A stretch of 64,000 nt of DNA, taken from Acidobacteriota bacterium. GTDB taxonomy: Bacteria > Acidobacteriota > Thermoanaerobaculia > Multivoradales > UBA5704. Under the pieces are notes generated by a model. It was not told where the DNA came from and searched no databases. It saw nothing but the letters and a program-made list of their open reading frames with translations. Positions 39,704-49,570 of this stretch are shown piece after piece (within the stretch, counting starts at the first letter, position 1; the number at the start of each line of letters is the position of its first letter). The translations under genes were made by a program, and so were the position numbers. Location of the stretch: positions 32,001 to 96,000 of the forward strand of contig JBDTZG010000004.1 of NCBI GenBank assembly GCA_040005235.1, read 5' to 3'.

Positions 39704-42700
39704 CTACCGAGCCACCTCCGCCAACGCCGCTTCCGGCAATGCGAACGAGGTGGCGATCAGGTCGGAATCCGGCTCGGCGATTTCCGGGTAGCGGATGCCC
39801 GGCAGCGCTTGGACGTCGAAGATCTCCTGGACTCTTCCCTCGAAGCGAAGGAAGCCGACCACCGCTCCGGTCCGTACGTCGAGTACCCAGACGCCGCATT
39901 GCTTTTCCGTCACCCGCTCGGAGAGAGGCAGGCCGTCGAAGATCTGCGTCTCGCGGACCTGGGAGAGGCCCACGAAGGCGTAAGGTCCCAGGAAGGCCAG
40001 CCCTCGCGTGAAACCGGGCAGGCGCGCGATCGTTTCCACTCGGCCGGTGCCCAGGTCGACCACCCCGACCTCGCCTTTGGCCGATTCGAGCACCCAGAGC
40101 CGGCCGCCGTACCAGCGGGGCGAATGGGGCATCGAGAGGCCGCGGGCCACGATCTCGCGGCTTTCGACATCCATCAGGACGCCGCCGCTCGCTTTGGTGT
40201 CCCGCCAGCCGTGCGGCGTATCGGTCGCCCCCAGGGCGGTGACGAAGCGGGGACGGTCGTCAATCACGCAGAGGCCGTTCAAGTGGCAGCGATCGTCGGG
40301 CGAGTAGGCGGAGACGAACGGCGGGCGCCAGCGCGGCACGAAGCTGTGCTCGCCGTCGAGCGTCGCGAGGCAGGAAAACCGGGTGGCGACGAACCAGAGC
40401 TCCTCCCCGGCAAAAGCCAGCTCGTGAATCCGCACGTCGCCCGTCACGTAGGCGCGGCGTGGCAGAAAGCAGGCGTCGTGGCGATCCGGGGGCGAAAGGC
40501 GTCGGCCGGCCTCGGGCTGGTTGTGATAGCTCCAAACGTGCCGCAGCGTGCCGAGCGCCAGGCTCTTACGGCCGACTGCGATCCCCATAGGGCTCGCGAA
40601 CGAGCGGAAGTGGGTGTTCAGCTCGCCGTTTTCGGCGCGCACCGCGATCAGCCGGCCGCTCTGATAGGTCGAGACCAGGAGCGATGAACGCAGCTCGGTG
40701 AGCAGCGCGGGCAGGCTGGCGGTAAAGACGCTGCGGAACTCCTCTGGGGCATCCGCTTTCACGGCGGGAGCCGGGGCGGTTCCGGCGGCTGATGGAACCG
40801 GCGAAACCGGCGGCCGAAGGGGCCGCGGCGCTTCGGCCTGCGACCTTCGCCGCGCTGGGCGGACCGCAGGGACTTCCCCGAACAGGTCGCGCGCCCGGGC
40901 CGCGGATTCTTCGAGCAGCGGCAAGATCGGGCGTAGCTCTTCCGCGTTGTGGCGCCACTTTTCGGGCTCTGGCGAGGTGAGCGTGTGGCGCGAGAGAGGC
41001 AGCGGCGCCTGGATTTCGCGGTCCCAAGGCAGGTCGAGAAACTCGCAGAGCCGGAGGATCTCGGCCTGAGGCTCGGCCACCAGCCGGTCATAGCTCGCGA
41101 CGCACCAGGAATCCGCGGGAAGCGCTTCGAGATCCTCGACCAGCCGGGCGGTCGCGATCGACCATTGCCGCGCGGCGATCTCTGCCAGGGGGAGGCCGAT
41201 CAGCTCGCGCCATCCGGGAACCAGCAGCAGCGACCAGGGGAGGCCGCTCCAGCCCGGCAGGTCCGGATAGGTGACGAAACGCCCCGAGCGCCAGGCGTCG
41301 AGCAGGCTCGATACCGTCTCCCGCGGGTCGCGGTAGAGATAGACGAACAGCGCGTCGGGAAACGCGGCGGCGAGGAACGGCACCCGCAGCGAGTTCTTGG
41401 GCGTCTTTTCGAGCAGCCGCAAACCGCTCGCGGGGAGCTCGGGAGCCCGGCCCTCGCGATCTCGCAGCCGGGAGGAAAAGCTGGCGGTGAGCCGCCGCAC
41501 GATCTCGGGCGTCGCGTCCGCGGCGGTCAGCCGATTCGAATCCCAATCCCGTTGCCGGGGATGCAGGCCCTCGATCTCCTCGATGGCCGCGTGGCTTTCG
41601 CCGCCGATCGTCAGCAGGCCGCGCGCCTGGGCGAGCGTCTCGAACAGCAGGCTCGATCCCGAGCGAGGCGAGGAGACGAGGAAGATCGGTCGATCGAACC
41701 GGGGCGCGGTCGAGCCCGTCGGGGCCGAGGGCACCGGGGAGCGAGGAGCCGAAGCGGGGGCCGGTGCGGCGAAACTAGGGCCGGGGGCCGAGCCGCCCGG
41801 GCCTTCCGCCGCGAGATCGGGATTCAACGCCGGCCGCACCACCATCTGGCGCACGATCTCGATCGCTTCCGAGCCGTTGCCCAGGCGCAGCTGGCCGGAG
41901 AAACGGGCGAGGCGGCGGTCGAGGTCCGCCAGGCGCTCGGCGAATGCGGGCCAGCCCGCGGCCTTCTCGCCGTAGAGCGCCCAAAGCGCGCCCCAGTCGA
42001 GCCGGAAGCGATCCAGCTCCAGCCGCAGCTCGGCGAGTCGATCCGGTTGGGTCTGGGGCGCCGTGCTCAAGTCTTCGAACAGGAACTTGAGGTGCGCCTC
42101 CTGCTCCCAGGGCGACATCACGACCGGCTGGTTGACGGTTTCGAAGGCGAGAACGGAATCGAGCGCCGGGTCGAACGGCACTTCGCGCGGCTCCGCCGCC
42201 TGGCCGTTCGGCGCAAACGGCCGTCGCCCGTGCGCCACCAGATCCCAGAACGCGGCGCTGCCGATCGTGTCGGCGACCAGGTGGATCCGCCGCGTCGGGT
42301 GGGGGTTGAGCACGTTGTGGGTCTTCCAGGTGTCGAACACCCAGGCCTCGCCCGCGTCCATGTGGACCCGCCGCTCGCCGCACAGGAACTCCACCTCGGG
42401 GCGGGTCACCAGGGGGATATGGAGCCGGACCCTGCGCAGCCAGTAGTAGTTGGTGTCGGTGTGCGGCGTCGCCTCGGCATTGCCGTCGAGGCGCATCAGC
42501 CGGGTGCGACCGAATACCGTGCCGAAAGCGGCGAGCGCCTGGCGCAGGTAAGGGAGGCGCGCCAGATGAGCGGTCGGCCGCATCGGCCCTTTGGTCGCGT
42601 CGTTGCCCGGATCGCCGCCGCTCGCGATCAGTGGCAGCGCGGAATTGCCCGGATGCCCCTGAGGATGCGGGCGCCAATCCTCTTCGGGAATCGCCGCGAC

Positions 42701-42766
42701 CTCCTCGGCGAGAAGCGCGGCCTCGAAGCTCAGAGGCAGCTGGATGAACTCGGTGTCGAGCTTCAC
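39704..42766 (-). CDS. Fusion of Asp/Asn beta-hydroxylase-like 2OG dioxygenase, sulfotransferase and TIGR03032 (DUF4915) domains
   Basis: HTD...HNVLN..RRIHLV; SSPRSGSSLL, EKTPKN and RDP (PAPS sites); STYQSG, DRCHLNGL, MPHSPRW and PGFTRGL. Confidence 0.85.
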   Translation of the reverse strand: MKLDTEFIQLPLSFEAALLAEEVAAIPEEDWRPHPQGHPGNSALPLIASGGDPGNDATKGPMRPTAHLARLPYLRQALAAFGTVFGRTRLMRLDGNAEATPHTDTNYYWLRRVRLHIPLVTRPEVEFLCGERRVHMDAGEAWVFDTWKTHNVLNPHPTRRIHLVADTIGSAAFWDLVAHGRRPFAPNGQAAEPREVPFDPALDSVLAFETVNQPVVMSPWEQEAHLKFLFEDLSTAPQTQPDRLAELRLELDRFRLDWGALWALYGEKAAGWPAFAERLADLDRRLARFSGQLRLGNGSEAIEIVRQMVVRPALNPDLAAEGPGGSAPGPSFAAPAPASAPRSPVPSAPTGSTAPRFDRPIFLVSSPRSGSSLLFETLAQARGLLTIGGESHAAIEEIEGLHPRQRDWDSNRLTAADATPEIVRRLTASFSSRLRDREGRAPELPASGLRLLEKTPKNSLRVPFLAAAFPDALFVYLYRDPRETVSSLLDAWRSGRFVTYPDLPGWSGLPWSLLLVPGWRELIGLPLAEIAARQWSIATARLVEDLEALPADSWCVASYDRLVAEPQAEILRLCEFLDLPWDREIQAPLPLSRHTLTSPEPEKWRHNAEELRPILPLLEESAARARDLFGEVPAVRPARRRSQAEAPRPLRPPVSPVPSAAGTAPAPAVKADAPEEFRSVFTASLPALLTELRSSLLVSTYQSGRLIAVRAENGELNTHFRSFASPMGIAVGRKSLALGTLRHVWSYHNQPEAGRRLSPPDRHDACFLPRRAYVTGDVRIHELAFAGEELWFVATRFSCLATLDGEHSFVPRWRPPFVSAYSPDDRCHLNGLCVIDDRPRFVTALGATDTPHGWRDTKASGGVLMDVESREIVARGLSMPHSPRWYGGRLWVLESAKGEVGVVDLGTGRVETIARLPGFTRGLAFLGPYAFVGLSQVRETQIFDGLPLSERVTEKQCGVWVLDVRTGAVVGFLRFEGRVQEIFDVQALPGIRYPEIAEPDSDLIATSFALPEAALAEVAR

Positions 42767-42935
42767 GGCAGAGCGGTACCTTTCCGGGGAAACGTTCGGT
42801 GCAAAGGCATTCTATTTGTCCCAAAGGTCTGGGCAGACGTTTGAAGTTCGGATAAAATACCCTGACTAGCCCATCTGAAAAGCCCGCGAGTGGGCGCCTT
42901 GAGCGTGAGTCAGCCCCGCCGGAGGATAGCCAAGT

Positions 42936-45200
42936 ATGGAACCGAATCGACCGGAACGAACCCGTCGCGAGCGGCGCGCCCTCGATCGTCGGAAGACCCC
43001 GCGGGCGGCACGCCCGGCGTCGGGAGCCGCGATCGGGGCAGGGCTCGCGGGACTCGCGGCGCTCGCCGCAGGAGGCGCCACTCCGGCAGACGCCGCGACG
43101 TTCACCGTCACCACCCTCGCCGACTCGGGGGCCGGCAGTCTGCGCCAGGCGATCACGGACGCCAACGGCGCGGCCGGGGCGGACACGATCGATTTTCAGG
43201 CGGGGCTTTTGGGGACGATCCTCCTCACTACGGGACAGCTTGAGATCTCCGACTCGGTCACCATCCAAGGGCCGGGTGCCGCGTCGATCTCGGTTTCGGG
43301 CAACAGCGCGTCGCGCGTCTTCTACCTGTACAACCCCTCGTCGATGATCGATGTGACGATCTCCGGTCTGACGATCGACAGCGGAGCTGCGGGGTTTGGT
43401 GCCGGCCTCGTCGACTTCGACGAAAACCTGACGCTCGACGACGTGACGATCCGCAACAACAACGCAAGCTCCAGCGGCGGCGGTCTTGCGGTGACCGGGG
43501 GCGACATGGCCCTCAACATCCAGAACTCCCGGATCACCGGCAACATTGCAGGAAACAGCGGGGGCGGAATCTACGTCGCCACCGCCGCCTCGGTCGCGGT
43601 CAAAAACTCGACGATCGCCAACAACACGGCAAGCAACGTCGGCGGCGGCGTCTATTTCTACCTTCCCGTGGGCCCGGCCGCCTTTGACGGAACCACGATC
43701 TCGGGCAACACCGCGGCGGGTCCCGGGGGCGGAGTCGAGTTCTTCTTCAGCTATGGCAGCGCCTCGTTCACCGGTTCCACGGTGAGCGGCAACTCGGGTG
43801 CGGCCGGCGGCGGGGTGTTCTTCTACCTGCCCGTAGAACCGCTCACGGTCGAGAACTGTACGGTCTCGGGAAACCAGGCGACGGTGGCCGACGGGGGTGG
43901 CATCTACCTATATAACCTCTACACCGGCTCTTCCGAGCTGCGCCATACGACGATCGCCGGCAACTCGGCAGCCGGCAACGGCGGCGGGCTGATCCTGAGG
44001 AACGGCTCGGTCCCGATGAATCACATGATCCTGGGCGACAACACGGCGGCGGGCGACGCCGACCTCTCGGGCGGCACGTTCGATCTGTCGTACAGCCTGG
44101 TGGAGGCGCCGGGTAGCGCAACGATCAACGACATCGTCGGCAACGTCTTGAATCAGGACCCGCAGCTCGCGGCGCTGGCGAACAACGGCGGCACGACCGA
44201 AACCCAGCTGCCGGCGGCGGCCAGCCCGGCGGTCGACTCGGGCGACCCGGCCTTTGCGCCGCCGCCCGCCACCGATCAGCGCGGGCTGCCTCGGGTCTTC
44301 AACGGCCGGATCGACATGGGTGCGGTCGAGGTTGGCGCTCCGCTCGCCCCCGGCACGATCCAGCTCACGATGACCACCACCTCCGTGGCGGAAAATGCCG
44401 GGACGGTGACGATCACCGCCACCCGGACGGGAGGCACCGACGGCGCGGTTTCGGTGACCATCACCTCAGCCAACGGCTCGGCGATCGCCCCCGGAGACTA
44501 CGGCGCAATTCCCGGAGGGACGATGCTCAGCTGGGCCGACGGCGACGGAGCGTCGAAATCGATCAACGTCACGATCGTCAACGATACCGATCCGGAACCG
44601 GACGAGACTTTCAGCGTTTCGATCTCGGCTCCGACGGGCGGTGCAACTCTCGGTTCGGCAACGACCGAGCAGGTGACGATTCTCTCCGATCCCGCGGACG
44701 ACCTGTCGGTGATCGAAGTTCCGACGCTCGGAGACTTCGGCAAGGTCCTGTTTGCCGCCCTCACCGCGGCGGCTGGCTTCCTGCTCCTTCGGAGAAAGAA
44801 GGGACTTGCGGCGCCCGCACTGGTCGTTACGCTCGCCCTCGGTGCGCTCCCTGCGGAGGCGGCACGCATGGTGCCCCAGGAGGTCCGGGCTACGACCTTG
44901 GCGCAGCTCTCCACCCAAGGAAACACCGTGACGGTCCGCCTCGCCGACGGCACCGTCTACCATGTCACCAAGGACCACTTCGTGCTGCTCGAAGGGCGCA
45001 AAGGACGGCGCGGGCGCACCCCCGGAACGCTCTCGGCGAACCAGCCGATCGTGCTCAAGATGCGGCGCGCCGCCGACGGCACGGTACGCCGGATGAGAAT
45101 CGTCCTGGAAGACAGTGCCGCCGCGGCGCAGGCTGAAGCGACGAAGACCCGGGCAGTTTTCGGCCATGCGGCGCAAGGCAAAGCCGGTCAGCAGCAATAG
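42936..45200 (+). CDS. Secreted beta-helix surface protein with choice-of-anchor-Q-like, Calx-beta and internal IPTL-CTERM-like segments
   Basis: ATFTVTTLADSGAGSLRQAI; GGG/SGN repeats; LANNGG.T...SPAVD.G...DQRG...DMGAVE; Calx-beta; VPTLGDFG-TM-RRKK. Confidence 0.82.
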   Translation: MEPNRPERTRRERRALDRRKTPRAARPASGAAIGAGLAGLAALAAGGATPADAATFTVTTLADSGAGSLRQAITDANGAAGADTIDFQAGLLGTILLTTGQLEISDSVTIQGPGAASISVSGNSASRVFYLYNPSSMIDVTISGLTIDSGAAGFGAGLVDFDENLTLDDVTIRNNNASSSGGGLAVTGGDMALNIQNSRITGNIAGNSGGGIYVATAASVAVKNSTIANNTASNVGGGVYFYLPVGPAAFDGTTISGNTAAGPGGGVEFFFSYGSASFTGSTVSGNSGAAGGGVFFYLPVEPLTVENCTVSGNQATVADGGGIYLYNLYTGSSELRHTTIAGNSAAGNGGGLILRNGSVPMNHMILGDNTAAGDADLSGGTFDLSYSLVEAPGSATINDIVGNVLNQDPQLAALANNGGTTETQLPAAASPAVDSGDPAFAPPPATDQRGLPRVFNGRIDMGAVEVGAPLAPGTIQLTMTTTSVAENAGTVTITATRTGGTDGAVSVTITSANGSAIAPGDYGAIPGGTMLSWADGDGASKSINVTIVNDTDPEPDETFSVSISAPTGGATLGSATTEQVTILSDPADDLSVIEVPTLGDFGKVLFAALTAAAGFLLLRRKKGLAAPALVVTLALGALPAEAARMVPQEVRATTLAQLSTQGNTVTVRLADGTVYHVTKDHFVLLEGRKGRRGRTPGTLSANQPIVLKMRRAADGTVRRMRIVLEDSAAAAQAEATKTRAVFGHAAQGKAGQQQ

Positions 45201-45224
45201 GGTTCCGCGGTTTTGAGATTTCCG

Positions 45225-45264
45225 TCCGCCCGGTGAGGTCTCCCCACCGGGCGGATTTGTTTTT
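45225..45264 (+). terminator. Rho-independent terminator
   Basis: TCCGCCCGGTG/CACCGGGCGGA stem followed by TTTGTTTTT. Confidence 0.8.
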
Positions 45265-45358
45265 CCTGCCCTCTTGGTGATCGACGAGAAGGGACCCGAC
45301 ACCAGCGCCCGAATCCTCAAAAGGCTCTCAACCCTCAGGTCAGGATATCGTTCCCCCG

Positions 45359-46144
45359 ATGCGGAATATCTACTTCGACCTGACCGAGGAGTTGAATGCC
45401 GAGGGCACGATCGCGGTTCTGGCCTCCGGGCAGGCGGTTGTTTTCTACCGACTTGCCCTGATGAGCAAGGACGGTGATTGGATTCTTCGGGAGGCTCCGG
45501 AAGCGTGTCGGCGGGCTCTGACTGTGCTCGAAAAGCATGGGGCGCGGTATCGGCCCGGCGCTCCTTTGGATGTGCGGTGGCTTGCTGGTGGTTGGTCGAG
45601 CCACTTCGAGATGAGCGATCCTCAGGCGCGGCGGGTGCGCTGCGATTTCTTCTCGCGCCCTCCTCGGATTCGGCCTGACGAGGTAGCCGCTTTGTTCTCA
45701 CCCGAGGAGATGCCCGAGCCCTTTCGGGTGGTGGGTCTTGAGCCGCTGATTCGAATGAAACAGACCCAGCGAGCGAAGGATTATCCGGTCATCGGTGAGC
45801 TGGCGCGGCTGCTTCCACCCGATCTAGAGATTGAGCTGACGACCGACCCGGATCGGATCCTGGAATTGGTCCAAGCGGTTGGAAAGGACTCCGGGCGGTC
45901 ATCCGTTAGGGCTGCGCTTTCCGGAGTGCGAGAAGACGTCGTCGTTGCACTCGCGCGAGAGGCGGATCAAAATCAGCGGGAGGATCGTGCGCGGCTCGAC
46001 AAATATCGGGCGGCGGCAGTGGGCTACCTGCGAGAGATCCAGGCCGCGAGAATTGGGGATCTGGATCTTCCGTCCGCCCACGAGCGGATCTGCGAGATCG
46101 CGGAGCGCTGGTTGCCCTTCGATCCAGACGAAGCGAAAGGCTGA
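45359..46144 (+). CDS. Nucleotidyltransferase-like protein
   Basis: SGQAVV.Y....SKDGD and LIRMKQTQRAKD. Confidence 0.65.
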   Translation: MRNIYFDLTEELNAEGTIAVLASGQAVVFYRLALMSKDGDWILREAPEACRRALTVLEKHGARYRPGAPLDVRWLAGGWSSHFEMSDPQARRVRCDFFSRPPRIRPDEVAALFSPEEMPEPFRVVGLEPLIRMKQTQRAKDYPVIGELARLLPPDLEIELTTDPDRILELVQAVGKDSGRSSVRAALSGVREDVVVALAREADQNQREDRARLDKYRAAAVGYLREIQAARIGDLDLPSAHERICEIAERWLPFDPDEAKG

Positions 46145-46150
46145 TTAACT

Positions 46151-46339
46151 ATGGAGCTCCTCAGCGAGGACGACCTCAACCTCAAGGACATGACGCCTGA
46201 GGAGCTCGATCGCGCCTGGGACCTGTGGTTCGATCTCGCGCAGGCGACCAACGATTTCGACCCTCCCTGGACGCACGGCGTCTTCCTCAACTGCACGCTC
46301 GATCCGGTGCCGCCGCGAGGCGACGGGGACAACTCCTAG
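46151..46339 (+). CDS. Small acidic hypothetical protein (possible partner of the nucleotidyltransferase)
   Basis: 62 aa; starts 6 nt after the upstream stop. Confidence 0.6.
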   Translation: MELLSEDDLNLKDMTPEELDRAWDLWFDLAQATNDFDPPWTHGVFLNCTLDPVPPRGDGDNS

Positions 46340-46621
46340 TCGAGTCCCTTACGCCGCCTTCGGCAGCTCGCCAGCGTGGTACCGGGCCGGTTGCCGCCGA
46401 GGCGCCATGAACGGAGAGCATCAGGCCACAGGCGACGAGCAGGGCGGTGAGAAAAAAGGCTGACTCTTTCTTCAGTCGCATACGTCCTCCTGGGTTGAGA
46501 TCGTGCGAGATCATCTCGCGCAACCGGTTAGCACGGAGACGTTTAAGCGAGTCTTTCTTGTCGTTTCATGATGGAACTTAGTCCTGCCGTGGCAGGGGCA
46601 TCTGCCGGGCCTAGGGATTGG

Positions 46622-46799
46622 CGTTATTCAAAGTTAGGCCCCAAGTCTTAATAGCGAGACGCGCTATTCAACTTAGTTGAATGGGGTTCTGGGCCTTCAA
46701 TCTGAGTGCCAATCCTAAGATTGGTGCCAATGCTTGCCACTAGGCGAGGTCGTTGTTTAAAGTTGGCGCCCAAGTCTTAATAGCGCGGCTCGCTATTCA
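46622..46799 (+). promoter_or_regulatory. Duplicated ~49-bp element with AATAGCG-N5-CGCTATT palindrome upstream of Fic
   Basis: Copies at 46622-46670 and 46751-46799 share CCCAAGTCTTAATAGCG...CGCTATTCA. Confidence 0.6.
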
Positions 46800-46823
46800 G
46801 CTCGGCTTAACGAGGTTCGGTCC

Positions 46824-47987
46824 ATGAAACGGGGTCCCACCGGCAGCTACGAGGCTCTTGCGGTCGGCGGCGAAACGGTTCGGGCGTTCTTGCCCCGACC
46901 GCTGCCGCCCGAACCGCCGCTGGTCCTTCAAGGAGAGTTGCAACCCCTCCTCGAGCGGGGACTACTCGCGGTCGGGCGTCTGGACAGTCTCTCTACCCTC
47001 CTTCCCGACCCCAGCCTCTTCCTCTACGCCTACGTGCGAAAGGAGGCTGTGCTGTCGTCCCAGATCGAGGGCACGCAGTCGTCCCTTTCCGACTTGATGC
47101 TCTTTGAGCTGGACCAGGCTCCGGGCGTCCCGTTCGATGACGTCGCGGAGGTCTCCAGCTACGTACGGGCTTTGGAGCACGGACTCGCCCGGTTGCGGGG
47201 CGGATTCCCGTTGAGCTCCCGCCTGATCCGCGAGATTCATGCCGAGCTTCTCGCCTCCGGTCGAGGGGCCGACAAAGCCCCCGGGGAATTTCGTCGATCT
47301 CAAAACTGGATTGGCGGTACGCGACCGGGCAACGCGCTGTTCGTGCCGCCGCCCCACCTAGCGGTGCCGGATGCGGTATCCCACCTCGAACGGTTCCTCC
47401 ACGACGACAGCGATGGCCAGGCGGTACTGGTCAAGGCGGCGCTCGCGCACGTCCAGTTCGAGACGATCCACCCGTTTCTCGACGGCAACGGCAGGATCGG
47501 CCGCCTGCTCATCACCCTGATCCTCTGCCATGCCGGGGTATTGCAGGAGCCGCTCCTCTACCTGAGCCTCTACCTCAAAAAGCATCGCTCCGAGTATTAC
47601 CGCTTGCTCGACGAGGTGCGGCATGAAGGGGACTGGGAGGCTTGGCTGGCGTTCTTTCTCCGGGGAGTCGCCGAGACCGGAGACGGTGCGGTCGCGACGG
47701 TTCGTCGGCTGACCGCGACATTCGAAGAGGATCGGGCGCGCATTCAAGCCCACGGTCGCCGATCGGGCTCTGCCCTACGAGTTCACGCCGCCCTTCAGGC
47801 TCGCCCGGTCATCACCCTCCAGGATGCAAGCCAGCGTGCGAATCTCTCTTTCCCCGCCACCGCTGCGGGAATGGCACTGCTCGTCGAGCTAGGCGTTGCG
47901 AGCGAGCTCACCGGACGGAGACGTAACCGGGTGTTCGCCTACGATCGCTACCTGGCAGTTCTGAATGAGGGGACTGAGGTGGAGTGA
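46824..47987 (+). CDS. Fic family protein
   Basis: EAVLSSQIEG inhibitory motif, HPFLDGNGRIGR catalytic motif, C-terminal HTH. Confidence 0.93.
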   Translation: MKRGPTGSYEALAVGGETVRAFLPRPLPPEPPLVLQGELQPLLERGLLAVGRLDSLSTLLPDPSLFLYAYVRKEAVLSSQIEGTQSSLSDLMLFELDQAPGVPFDDVAEVSSYVRALEHGLARLRGGFPLSSRLIREIHAELLASGRGADKAPGEFRRSQNWIGGTRPGNALFVPPPHLAVPDAVSHLERFLHDDSDGQAVLVKAALAHVQFETIHPFLDGNGRIGRLLITLILCHAGVLQEPLLYLSLYLKKHRSEYYRLLDEVRHEGDWEAWLAFFLRGVAETGDGAVATVRRLTATFEEDRARIQAHGRRSGSALRVHAALQARPVITLQDASQRANLSFPATAAGMALLVELGVASELTGRRRNRVFAYDRYLAVLNEGTEVE

Positions 47988-48015
47988 AGGCAAAGAGGGC
48001 GCGATCTCAAGCGCA

Positions 48016-48627
48016 TCAACCGTCTCTCCTCACCACCCAGGTCGTCATGCACCGCCGATCCTGAACCACGGTCGTCTTGATCGGATCGAGAAGCTCGCCG
48101 CCCAGCTCTTCGGTGAGGTCGAGCAGGAATGCCTGATCGACCAGGAACAGTTCCGATCCTTCGGGGAGGAGGAAGCGCCTTCCGCCGAGCGGGGTGAAAC
48201 GCGATTCCAGTCCGATGGTCGAAGCGAGGCGGCAGAAGAACAGGCCGCCGGGGGCGAGGTGACGCCAGGAGCCCTTGAGGATCGCCCGGAAGTGCGCCTC
48301 GTCGCGGGAGAAGTGAAGAACCGCGCTGCTGATCACCACCTCGGCGCATCGATCGGGAAACGTGCTTCGCTCGATCGATTCGGCCCGGAAGTTTTCGATA
48401 GGCAGATGGGGGGCAAGCTCGGCCGAGAGAGCGCGAGCTCCTTCGATCGCTTCCCGATTCATATCGACCCCTAAGACCTCGAATCCGGCGCGCAGGAAAT
48501 AGACGAGATTCCGCCCCCCGCCGCAGCCGGCGTCGAAAATCCGCTGGCCGGGCACGATCCGGCCGCGCAGCACTTGATCCAGCAGGTAGATGTCGATCGG
48601 GCCGAGGAGGGAGGGGAGGTCGATCAT
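48016..48627 (-). CDS. Class I SAM-dependent methyltransferase
   Basis: IDIYLLDQ, DAGCGGGRN, SSAVLHF. Confidence 0.88.
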   Translation of the reverse strand: MIDLPSLLGPIDIYLLDQVLRGRIVPGQRIFDAGCGGGRNLVYFLRAGFEVLGVDMNREAIEGARALSAELAPHLPIENFRAESIERSTFPDRCAEVVISSAVLHFSRDEAHFRAILKGSWRHLAPGGLFFCRLASTIGLESRFTPLGGRRFLLPEGSELFLVDQAFLLDLTEELGGELLDPIKTTVVQDRRCMTTWVVRRDG

Positions 48628-48674
48628 CCGCGCATTGTAGCGGCGGCGGCCTAGGCGGCACTCCACGCCTTCGC

Positions 48675-49433
48675 TTAGCGAAAGAACCCGTTGACGTCGA
48701 GAACCAGATCTACCTGACCGCCACCGTCCAGCAATGCTTGGGCGCCTAGAGTTCCGGATTGATCGGTGGCGAGAAAGGCGATCGCGTTATTGGTGCGGTT
48801 CATCCCGTTGGAGAAATTGAGGGTGCTGATGAGTTGCGGGATGTCGTTGCTGGGGAAGAGCATGATCCAGCCGTTGGAGGAGGGTGAAATCGCCGTTAGG
48901 TTGAGCGAAACCGCGACGGCGTCCGGAGGAATGGAGCAAAGCCCCGTGATCTGAACATTTCGCGGGACTCCGGAGATCAGGGCCTGAGCGCCGGACCTCG
49001 TATCGAAGACGCGGCAGGGAGTGACGCTGTAAAAGTCGAGGCTGCCCGTCGGGCCGAGCGGAGAAAACATGGCCGTCACGGATCTCCCAGTGTCCATGAT
49101 CAGAACGCAAGATCCCGTTCCCGAGCATCCACTTCCGCTCCATCCGTCGAACATCGAGCCGGAGTATGACCTGGCGGTCAGAGTGACCCGAGTTCCGAAC
49201 GTATAGCAATGGAGTCCGGAAAAAGGGCAGGTGAACCCCCCAGGATCGGCTTCGATGTAACCGTTCCCCTTTCCAGTCGTGGACGTAAACAGGACGACTT
49301 CATTGAGGTTGGGTTGGGGAGCGGCGGGCTTAGCTGTGTCCCTGGCGGTGGCGCATTGGCCAGACTGCGAGGCGCTTAGAGAAAAGATAGCGGCCATCAA
49401 AAGCGCAGAAGCCGCGCAAGGCGTTCGTCCCAT
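48675..49433 (-). CDS. Secreted protein with InlB-B-like repeat and PCRxxDTR C-terminal domain
   Basis: VTLTA...FDGWSG.GCSGTGSC; FYSVTPCRVFDTR...DVNGFF. Confidence 0.7.
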   Translation of the reverse strand: MGRTPCAASALLMAAIFSLSASQSGQCATARDTAKPAAPQPNLNEVVLFTSTTGKGNGYIEADPGGFTCPFSGLHCYTFGTRVTLTARSYSGSMFDGWSGSGCSGTGSCVLIMDTGRSVTAMFSPLGPTGSLDFYSVTPCRVFDTRSGAQALISGVPRNVQITGLCSIPPDAVAVSLNLTAISPSSNGWIMLFPSNDIPQLISTLNFSNGMNRTNNAIAFLATDQSGTLGAQALLDGGGQVDLVLDVNGFFR

Positions 49434-49570
49434 GGGGCCACCTCCGAGGTCAGAATACTCCCAGGAAGTCGCAGTTTCAATAGAGTTCAGGCGCGCAGCG
49501 GCTTTGGTTCCGGGCTGGTGATCGGCCAGCCCCGCGCGATCCTCGCCCCCTCTGCTAAACTCATCGCCAA

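Noticed and set aside
46345-46481. Signal-peptide-like ORF MRLKKESAFFLTALL...
   Set aside because: Short, runs into the convergent gene and has no domain; probably a 5' relic that cannot be assigned.
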